From assembly GCA_016218785.1 (NCBI GenBank), contig JACRCY010000572.1, positions 1 to 35,471 of the forward strand: a stretch of DNA of 35,471 nt, in the 5' to 3' direction. The position numbers and the translations under genes are program-made. Below the pieces are notes generated by a model. It was not told the DNA's origin, did not search any database, and saw only the letters and a list, made by a program, of their open reading frames with translations. This stretch comes from Deltaproteobacteria bacterium. GTDB lineage: Bacteria; Myxococcota_A; Polyangia; JACRCY01. This document shows, in pieces, positions 28,412 through 35,471 of the stretch (position 1 is the first letter of the stretch; every line of letters begins with the position of its first letter).

Positions 28412-28662
28412 GGTAAGCACATGTAGGCCAAGGTGTGGTCCAAACCCCGGCCAGGGTTCCTTGATGTACCCCCGGGGCTGGTCTTGACCCCGGTCGGGGT
28501 TCATTCATGTACCCCCGGGGCTGGTCTTGACCCCGGCCATGGTTCATTCATGTACCCCCGGGGGTGGTCCAGACCCCGGCCATGGTTCATTCATGTACCC
28601 CCCGTCGGGGTCCTGACCCCGGCCCGGGGTTCATTCATGTACCCCCCGCCGGGGTCCTGAGC
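28412..28662. repeat. Tandem array of 6 units, 43-44 bp period: block A (GGTTCATTCATGTACC), 9 nt, block B (GGTCnnGACC), 8-9 nt
   Basis: Block A starts at 28412 (degenerate), 28455, 28498, 28541, 28584, 28628; block B at 28437, 28480, 28523, 28566, 28609, 28653. Confidence 0.95.
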
Positions 28663-28827
28663 CCGACCCGGCCACATCCGCGAAGCCACGCGGGCGCGGG
28701 CGGCCGGCCGCGTCCGGGTGCCACCGAGATGGGACCAGGATTCTCCTCCCTCCCCGTGTTGTGGCCCGTACTACTACTGGTGTAGCATCGCCCCCACGTG
28801 CCACCCGCTGTGCGGGAGGAGGTGCCC

Positions 28828-31800
28828 ATGTCGAACCGAAACTTCGGGCTCGCGGGCGTGACCGCGTTCGCGCTCTTCGTAGTCTTGCTCGGACCGGGGT
28901 GCTCGTGCGGGGGGGAAGCCCACCCCGCCCAGCAGGACGCGGCGCCGCAGCAGGACGTGGCGCCCCAGGAGGATGCGCAGGAGGACGCTCAGGACGACGC
29001 CTGGGTGCCGCCGGACGGCTACGTCCCCGACGGCTTCCAGCAGCCCGACGGCTACATCCCCGACGGCGGCACGGGCGTGCGCATCGAGGAGGTCGTGCCC
29101 GCGGCCATCGCGCGGGCGCAGGACAACGACGTCGAGATCATCGGTGACGGTTTCCAGGACGGGGCCTCGGTCACCCTCCGGAACTGCGACACCGGCACCG
29201 AGTACACCTTCACCGCCACCGTCACCGGCTTCGACGACGGCGGCGCGGGCGGGATCGCCACCATCACCGTCCCCGCCGACGTGGCGCGGGAGCAGGGGCT
29301 CTACACCGTCACCATCGTCAACCCGGACGGCTCCTTCGCCTCGCTCACGTGCGCCCTGTGGATCAGCGCGCAGGCGCCGCCCACCGTGACCGAGGTCAAG
29401 CCCGCCTCGGCGTCGCGGGGTGATCCGGCCGACGGCATCAGTTCCGACCAGTTGGTCACCATCGTCGGCACCGGCTTCCAGTCCACCCCCAACGTCCGCT
29501 GGCAGGAGCTGGCCACCGGCGACCTCTACGATGCCAAGATCGTGGGGTTCATCGACGGCCAGCACCTGACCGCGCTCTGCCCGTCGGAGAGCAAGCACAT
29601 GCCGGTCGGTGACTACCACGTCTGGGTCGTCAACCCCGACCTGCTCGCGGCCGAGTGGCTGGTCAACGGCACCACCCCCGGCATCTTCAAGATCATGGCG
29701 CTGCCGCCCCCGCGCATCGAGACTGTGACGCCCTTCACCTTCGCTGGCGCCGACTGCTCCAGCACCAACATGGAGGTCACGGGCTCCGGCCTCGTGCCCG
29801 ACACCGGCTCCGGCGGCACCACGTTCTGGATCGTGATGCCGGCGGGGACCACCACGTGCACGAGCGGGACCGGGCGCTATGACGCGCAGGGGAACTGGCT
29901 CTGCCCCATCACCACCACGATCAACAGCGCCACCAGCGCGACCATCAGCTTGAGCCCCAACTGCCCCAACAACGGCGCGTACCCGATCGAGGCCATCAAC
30001 CCCGACGGCCAGGCGGGCTTCTACTACTCGATCGTGCTGACGCCATCCTCCATCTGCAAGTTCCAGGCGGCCGGCAACACGTGGCAGGACACCACCGGGG
30101 GCCTGAAGACCAAGCGCTACCTGCTCGCGTCAGCCACCGGGTGCGACGAGTTCGGCCACGCCTTCATCTACGCTGCCGGCGGTCTGAACGACACCAACAC
30201 GGCCGTGGCGTCGGTGGAGTTCAGTGAGGTCGACCTCGGCGGGCTCCCCGGGCCCTGGCATGAGTCCCAGCAGTACTACGACGCGACCACTCCCCGTGTC
30301 ATCAACACCTTGGGCGGGCTGGTGGCCGACCAGCAGCCGCGCGCCGGGCTGACCATGATCCGAGTGGGGCGGCACCTCTACGCCATCGGTGGCACGGCCA
30401 CCAACAGCATCCAGAACCCGAGCCCTAACCCGGTGACCGCGCTCGACACGGTCGAGCACGCCTTCATCCTCGGCTATGAGACCATGCCGATGGCCCACAC
30501 GCCGAAGGTGGAGGGCACGGGTGGCCTGCCGATCGGCGCCTGGTACTACCGAGTCTCGGCCATCGGCGACTTCGGCGAGGGGCTCGCCTCCGACGAGGTG
30601 GTGATCCTGAACGAAGGCGGGACGCTCAAGGTGTGCTGGACCGTGCCACCGGCGCCGACCACGGCCACGGCGTACAACATCTACCGGACCAAGGCCGCCG
30701 ATGGACGCTCCCGCAGCGAGGTGCTGCTCGCGGCCGGCGTGGCGGGCGTCGACAGCGGCATCACCGGCATCAAGTGCTTCACCGACGACGGCTTCGGCGC
30801 CCTGACGCCCGCGCCGGGCCGGTTGCGCGGGGCGCCGGTCACGGGCGGCAGCCTCGTTGCCGGCACCTACCGGTACCGCGTGTCGGCCACGATCGACGAC
30901 GGCGGCGGGACGATCCGCGAAACCCTGGGCGGCTACGAGGCGGCCATTCAGGTCACGGCCGCGGACGTCACGGCGGGCCTCACGAGCGTCCAGCTCCACT
31001 GGGACCCCGTGCAGTACGCGTCGGCCTACAACCTCTACAAGTGGAACGCCACCGACCAGAAGTTCGTGATCTTCGCCAACACCGCGAACGGCGCCACCCT
31101 GACACTCACCGATGACGGCGGCACGCCGACGGCGGCTTGCCCGGTGAGCCGCGCCGACACCCCCTGCGCGGCCCTGGAGGGCTTCGACCCGCTGCCGTTC
31201 GGCTCCCTCTCGGTGTGGCGGGACACGGGCGTGAAGCTCAACACCGCCCGTGAGGGGCTCGACGGCGTACCGATCGTCCACGAGAACGACACCGACCCCA
31301 CGCAGAAGAAGTACTTCCTACTGATCGCGGGCGGCCGCTCGGACAACACCGATGGCAACGGCGCTTTCTTGAGCAGCGCCGAGAGCGTCGAGGTCGACTA
31401 CGCGACCGGCGCGCTGCAGAGCGTCACCGGGTACTTCGTCAACGAGACCCAACACATGGTGCTTCCGCACGCGTTCTTCCCCCTGGTGACCAACCAGGGG
31501 CGCAACGATCCGACCTTCTGCCCGCCGGCGGCGCAGCCGCCGTGCCAGGACCTCGACGGCGACGGCTACTACGACTGGGCCTGCGCCTCGCCGGACCAGA
31601 TGCCGTGCGACTGCGACGACACCGATCCGGAAGTCCACCCGGGCCCGCCCGATGAGCGGGGCCGGTGCACCAACGGCAAGGATGACGACTGCGATGGGCT
31701 CATCGACTGCGCCGACACCGCCGACTGCGCCGACGACCCGTACTGCACGGCGAGCTGCCCGGACGAGGACGGCGACGGCTACACCGCGGCCTGGTGCGGC

Positions 31801-32829
31801 GGCACCGACTGCTGCGACAACGGCACCGAGCAGTCGCTCGGATGCGATCCCACGACCGCGCCCGGCATCAACCCCGGCGCCACCGAGATCTGCGGCGACG
31901 GCATCGACCAAAACTGCGACGGCATCGATGACCCCTGCGCCTGCGACACCGACGCGGACGGCGACGGCCACGTCTCGATCGCCTGTGGCGGCGACGACTG
32001 CTGCGACAGCGGCACCGAGGGGAACGACTTCTTCTCCGGCCAGGGCACCATCGGCTGCAACCCGACGAACGCGAACGGCATCCACCCGGGGGCCTACGAT
32101 CCGTGCGGCGACTCCGTCGACCAGAACTGCGACGGCTGGGACTCGCTGTGCCGGGTCTACGGCGGCTCCATGGCCCGGCAGGTTCGCCAGCACGTGGCGG
32201 AGGGGCCCATGTCGGTGGTGCCGACGGCGCGCGGGCGCTGGGCAGACCGCGTCAACCGGCTGCCGCGGCCGACGCACCGGGCGCTGCCCAAGCTCTACGG
32301 CAGTGATCCCCGAGTGTGGGTCGTGGCGGCCCAGGGGCTGAACTCCTGGAGCGTGGCCGGCAACAACAACAGCGGCGAGAAGAACTTCGAGGCCTGCGAG
32401 CTGCTGGCCACCTGGCCGCCCGTCGCCGGCGCGCTCTTGACGACGTGCAGCTCCACCGCCGACCCGACGCAGTGGTCGCTGCAGGGGCAGGGCCCGCCGC
32501 AGTTCACCTTCGGGCACGACGCCGTCGTCTACGGTCACGATCCGAACGAGCCTGCGAGCTACACGTGCCTGTTCGACCTCTACGGCGCGGCGTCGCAGAC
32601 CATCGGCGGGGGACCCAGCGTGATCAACTCGGCCAGCAAGCGGTTCCCGTTCGACACCAACCCGAGCGCGCCGAACCTCGTGATCCTCAACAACCAGGCC
32701 GGCGCGCCGGCGCCAATCACCCCGCGCGCCTACTACCAGCTGGTCAGGCTCAACGGCTACATCTTCATCGTCGGCGGGCACTCCGGCGCCGCCGGGTTGA
32801 ACAGCGTCGAGCGGATCCAGCAGCAGTAG
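28828..32829 (+). CDS. Large surface lipoprotein with IPT/TIG-like repeats, Kelch-like blades, two FN3-like modules and Cys/Asp-rich (MopE-related-like) repeats
   Basis: Leader ..LLGPGCSC; VTIVNPDG/VVNPD/AINPDG Ig-like ends; IYAAGG, LYAIGG, LIAGG, FIVGG; DLDGDGY..DCDD..VHPG, EICGDGIDQNCDG; SD GGAGGAGG. Confidence 0.88.
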   Translation: MSNRNFGLAGVTAFALFVVLLGPGCSCGGEAHPAQQDAAPQQDVAPQEDAQEDAQDDAWVPPDGYVPDGFQQPDGYIPDGGTGVRIEEVVPAAIARAQDNDVEIIGDGFQDGASVTLRNCDTGTEYTFTATVTGFDDGGAGGIATITVPADVAREQGLYTVTIVNPDGSFASLTCALWISAQAPPTVTEVKPASASRGDPADGISSDQLVTIVGTGFQSTPNVRWQELATGDLYDAKIVGFIDGQHLTALCPSESKHMPVGDYHVWVVNPDLLAAEWLVNGTTPGIFKIMALPPPRIETVTPFTFAGADCSSTNMEVTGSGLVPDTGSGGTTFWIVMPAGTTTCTSGTGRYDAQGNWLCPITTTINSATSATISLSPNCPNNGAYPIEAINPDGQAGFYYSIVLTPSSICKFQAAGNTWQDTTGGLKTKRYLLASATGCDEFGHAFIYAAGGLNDTNTAVASVEFSEVDLGGLPGPWHESQQYYDATTPRVINTLGGLVADQQPRAGLTMIRVGRHLYAIGGTATNSIQNPSPNPVTALDTVEHAFILGYETMPMAHTPKVEGTGGLPIGAWYYRVSAIGDFGEGLASDEVVILNEGGTLKVCWTVPPAPTTATAYNIYRTKAADGRSRSEVLLAAGVAGVDSGITGIKCFTDDGFGALTPAPGRLRGAPVTGGSLVAGTYRYRVSATIDDGGGTIRETLGGYEAAIQVTAADVTAGLTSVQLHWDPVQYASAYNLYKWNATDQKFVIFANTANGATLTLTDDGGTPTAACPVSRADTPCAALEGFDPLPFGSLSVWRDTGVKLNTAREGLDGVPIVHENDTDPTQKKYFLLIAGGRSDNTDGNGAFLSSAESVEVDYATGALQSVTGYFVNETQHMVLPHAFFPLVTNQGRNDPTFCPPAAQPPCQDLDGDGYYDWACASPDQMPCDCDDTDPEVHPGPPDERGRCTNGKDDDCDGLIDCADTADCADDPYCTASCPDEDGDGYTAAWCGGTDCCDNGTEQSLGCDPTTAPGINPGATEICGDGIDQNCDGIDDPCACDTDADGDGHVSIACGGDDCCDSGTEGNDFFSGQGTIGCNPTNANGIHPGAYDPCGDSVDQNCDGWDSLCRVYGGSMARQVRQHVAEGPMSVVPTARGRWADRVNRLPRPTHRALPKLYGSDPRVWVVAAQGLNSWSVAGNNNSGEKNFEACELLATWPPVAGALLTTCSSTADPTQWSLQGQGPPQFTFGHDAVVYGHDPNEPASYTCLFDLYGAASQTIGGGPSVINSASKRFPFDTNPSAPNLVILNNQAGAPAPITPRAYYQLVRLNGYIFIVGGHSGAAGLNSVERIQQQ

Positions 32830-32958
32830 CTGTCGCCGTCCTGCCGGGCCGCACGTGCGGCCCCAGCCTCCGTCCTCTCCCCAGCAGCGTCCCGACCACC
32901 TCGACGCGCAGGAGCGCGACGGGGTGCCGCTCGCGCCGGCACCCCACGACCTGCGGAC

Positions 32959-32992
32959 AAGAAAACGGCCCTGGGGCAACTCTCCCAGGGCC
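32959..32992 (-). terminator. Intrinsic terminator on the minus strand (GGCCCTGGG-8-CCCAGGGCC followed by GTTTTCTT)
   Basis: 9-bp GC stem at 32967-32975/32984-32992 with adjacent AAGAAAAC on the + strand. Confidence 0.75.
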
Positions 32993-33183
32993 TGCGACCC
33001 AACACCTGCCAACTAGGACAAGGCCAACAACCGGTGCTTCTATGTCTACGCCCGGGGGTGCGGTCTTAGTGGTAGCGCGCCCTCTGGGCAAGCTAGCAGT
33101 CCGAGCGGCCGCGGCCGCTCGGGTGGAGGAGGAGGCGCCCGACCTGGGACTTCGTGAGGCATGAACCTGGAGCAGCCTCCGGT
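32959..33183 (-). ncRNA. Putative sigma54-dependent small RNA (~220 nt)
   Basis: Bounded by a -24/-12 promoter and an intrinsic terminator; internal 22-bp palindrome at 33101-33122; CU-rich tract; no convincing ORF. Confidence 0.5.
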
Positions 33184-33193
33184 GGGCCGATCT

Positions 33194-33209
33194 AGCAACC
33201 GACGTGCCA
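33194..33209 (-). promoter_or_regulatory. Sigma54 (-24/-12) promoter TGGCACGTCGGTTGCT
   Basis: Match to TGGCAC-N5-TTGCW with correct GG-N10-GC spacing. Confidence 0.75.
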
Positions 33210-33395
33210 CGGGTCTTCCCTTGGCCAGGTCGTTGAAATCCGAATGGAACTGTGCTAACCGCATGGTCGAGACAGGCCCTCGGCCACTCCGCGGTGCGAC
33301 ATTCGTGTCGCGGGCGGTGGCACGATGTGCAACTCTTTGCAGGGATCACGAGCCTTGACTGCGGTACCCATGACTCACGCGCCCTACAGGGCCGC

Positions 33396-34991
33396 ATGAG
33401 CGCTCACGCCACCATCGTCGTCAACGCGGACGGCCCGGAGACCCGGGTCGCGCTGATCGAGCACGGCATCCTCGCGGAGCTCTACCTCGAGCGCAAGCGC
33501 GGCCGCGGCGTCGGCGGCAACGTCTACAAGGGGAAGGTCGCGCGCGTGCTGCCCGGCATGCAGGCGGCCTTCGTGGACATCGGCGTCGAGAAGGCCGCGT
33601 TCCTCTACGTCGGCGACGTGCGCGGCGCGCCCGACGACTACCTGCGCCTGTTCGCCGAGGAGGACGAGGAGCGCGGCGACGAGGAGGAGCGCGAGGAGGC
33701 GGCGCGCCAGGGCCGTGGCGCCCAGATCCAGGACCTGCTGAAGGAAGGGCAGGAGATCCTGGTGCAGGTGGTCAAGGAGCCCATCGGCACCAAGGGGGCG
33801 CGCATCACCTCCTACGTGTCGCTGCCGGGCCGCCACCTGGTCTTCATGCCGACGGTGGATCACGTCGGCATCTCGCGGCGCATCCAGAGCGACCGGGAGC
33901 GCAAGCGGCTGCGCGACATCGTCGACTCGATGCGGCCGAAGGGGGCGGGCTTCATCGTGCGCACCGTGGCCGAGGGGGTGCCCGAGGCCGACCTGCGCGC
34001 CGACATGGACTTCCTCATCAAGCTGTGGAACGAGACGCTCCGGCGCGAGCGCGTGGCCAAGGCGCCGGCGCTCCTCTACAGCGACCTCGACCTCCTCCTC
34101 CGGACCGTGCGCGACCTCTTCACCGACGAGGTGTCGCAGCTCATCGTCGACTCGAAGGCCGAGTTCGAGCGGATCCAGAAGTTCGTCTCCGCCTTCATGC
34201 CGCAGTACCTGTCGAAGCTCGAGCTGTACGAGGGGTCGGAGCCGATCTTCGACGGCTACGGCATCGAGATCGAGATCGACCGGGCGCTGCAGCGCAAGGT
34301 GTGGCTCAAGAGCGGCGGCTACCTCATCCTCGACCAGGGGGAGGCGCTGACCTCGATCGACGTCAACACCGGGCGCTTCGTCGGACGCCGCAACCTCGAG
34401 GAGACCATCACCAAGACCAACCTCGAGGCGTGCCGCGAGATCGCCGAGCAGCTCCGCCTGCGCAACCTGGGCGGCATCATCGTCATCGACTTCATCGACA
34501 TGGACCGCGACGCGAACCGCGACAAGGTGTCGCGCGCGTTCCACGAGGCGCTGCGCGGCGACAAGGCGCGGGTCAACGTCACCAAGATCTCCGACATGGG
34601 CCTGGTGGAGATGACCCGCAAGCGCACGCGCGAGAGCCTCGGGCGCACCCTGACCGAGCCGTGCTTCTACTGCGAGGGGAAGGGATACCTCAAGGCGAAG
34701 ACCACCATCGCCTACGAGCTGCTCCGCGAGGTACGGCGGCAGTCCTGGACCATCCCGGACGACGTGATCACCGTCCTGGCGCACCCCGAGATCGCCAACC
34801 TCCTCACCACCACCGAGCACGAGTTCGTCGAGGCGGTCGAGAAGAAGGTCCAGAAGCAGATCGTGGTCCGGCCGAAGGGGAGCTTCCACCTGGAGCAGTT
34901 CGAGATCCGGCCGGGGAGCCGCGAGCCCGAGCCGGGCCGTGGCCGGGCCCCGAATGGCCGTGGCGAGAGCAAGGCGGAGGGGAACTCATGA
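33396..34991 (+). CDS. rng: Rne/Rng-family ribonuclease (RNase G-like length)
   Basis: GNVYKGKVARVLPGMQAAFVDIG, VQVVKEPIGTKGAR, IDVNTG, LRLRNLGGIIVIDFIDM, GLVEMTRKR, CFYCEGKG. Confidence 0.93.
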   Translation: MSAHATIVVNADGPETRVALIEHGILAELYLERKRGRGVGGNVYKGKVARVLPGMQAAFVDIGVEKAAFLYVGDVRGAPDDYLRLFAEEDEERGDEEEREEAARQGRGAQIQDLLKEGQEILVQVVKEPIGTKGARITSYVSLPGRHLVFMPTVDHVGISRRIQSDRERKRLRDIVDSMRPKGAGFIVRTVAEGVPEADLRADMDFLIKLWNETLRRERVAKAPALLYSDLDLLLRTVRDLFTDEVSQLIVDSKAEFERIQKFVSAFMPQYLSKLELYEGSEPIFDGYGIEIEIDRALQRKVWLKSGGYLILDQGEALTSIDVNTGRFVGRRNLEETITKTNLEACREIAEQLRLRNLGGIIVIDFIDMDRDANRDKVSRAFHEALRGDKARVNVTKISDMGLVEMTRKRTRESLGRTLTEPCFYCEGKGYLKAKTTIAYELLREVRRQSWTIPDDVITVLAHPEIANLLTTTEHEFVEAVEKKVQKQIVVRPKGSFHLEQFEIRPGSREPEPGRGRAPNGRGESKAEGNS

Positions 34992-35471
34992 GCCGGTCAG
35001 CGAAGGGGTTCGTGCCGCGCGCCGATCGGGTGGAGATCAACCGCGAGTTCGCGAGCGTCGAGGCGTTCATCAACGAGTACGTCTCGAACATCTCGCGCTC
35101 GGGCGTGTTCATCAAGTCGAAGGACCCGCTGCCGGTCGGGACCAAGGTGAACCTCAAGTTCACCGTGCTGATGGACGAGATCGAGACCGTCGAGGGCGTG
35201 GGGGAGGTGGTGCGCGTCTCCGAGCGCCCCCGGGGCATGGGGGTGGTCTTCATCCACCTGACCGAGCACAGCCAGGGACTGCTCGGCAAGCTGCTCACCC
35301 GGCGCGAGGCGCAGAAGGCCGTGGCCGCCGGGGTCGCGGCGGCCGAGCGGGCGGCCGCGCAGAAGGCCGCCGCCCGGGCGGCGGCCCGGGCCGCCGCCGA
35401 CGCGAGCACGCCGGAGGACGGGGTGCTGTCGCCGGCGGCCAAGGTCACCACGCCCATGCGGGCCGTGCGCC
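34988..35471 (+). CDS. PilZ (TIGR02266-like) domain protein, truncated by the window end
   Basis: Absent from the ORF track; ATG overlaps the rng TGA; MSRSAKGFVPRADRVEINREF..FINEYVSNISRSGVFIKSKDPLPVGTKVNLKF..GEVVRV..GMGVVF followed by an Ala-rich helix. Confidence 0.88.
   Translation, partial: MSRSAKGFVPRADRVEINREFASVEAFINEYVSNISRSGVFIKSKDPLPVGTKVNLKFTVLMDEIETVEGVGEVVRVSERPRGMGVVFIHLTEHSQGLLGKLLTRREAQKAVAAGVAAAERAAAQKAAARAAARAAADASTPEDGVLSPAAKVTTPMRAVR

Noticed and set aside
28412-28662. CRISPR array
   Set aside because: Variable segments are only 8-9 nt and mutually similar, and there are no cas genes
28433-28785. Small ORFs 28433..28660 and 28564..28785
   Set aside because: Translations of the repeat array with non-ATG starts, no SD and repetitive peptides
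32846-32945. GC hairpins after the giant lipoprotein gene as REP elements
   Set aside because: Two unrelated hairpins (GGGCCGCACGTGCGGCCC; GGGGTGCCG..CGGCACCCC) not repeated elsewhere in the window; likely ordinary 3'-end structures
33046-33162. 38-aa minus-strand peptide MPHEVPGRAPPPPPERPRPLG...
   Set aside because: Atypical codons (CTA, CCT, AGA) and a distant SD; not called as a CDS, though not fully excluded
33318-33341. Plus-strand sigma54 promoter for rng (TGGCACGATGTGC)
   Set aside because: GG-to-GC spacing is 2 nt too short for a -24/-12 promoter

Overview
Very GC-rich bacterial chromosomal DNA, probably Myxococcota/deltaproteobacterial, inferred from two TIGR02266-like PilZ genes, a GCSC lipoprotein with Cys/Asp 'MopE-like' repeats, a TonB-C/HEAT protein and a sigma54 promoter. 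Housekeeping genes: ahcY, metK, hisD, a ThiF/MoeB-family gene, ligA, a DegT aminotransferase, an RNase Y-like gene and an RNase G/E gene. Accessory content: (i) a three-gene xanthine-dehydrogenase-family molybdoenzyme whose FAD subunit carries a whole GltD-like NAD(P)H oxidoreductase inserted into its Fe-S loop; (ii) a dehydrogenase pseudogene with an internal deletion; (iii) a compositionally distinct cassette of a subtilase and lipoproteins; (iv) an unknown, probably all-helical protein followed by a 6-unit, 43-bp dual-palindrome array with 9-nt and 8-9-nt variable segments, the best candidate here for an undescribed protein+array system; (v) a giant surface lipoprotein; and (vi) an unannotated ~220-nt transcription unit (probable sRNA) bounded by a sigma54 promoter and an intrinsic terminator. 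All calls come from reading motifs by eye; no database searches were run.
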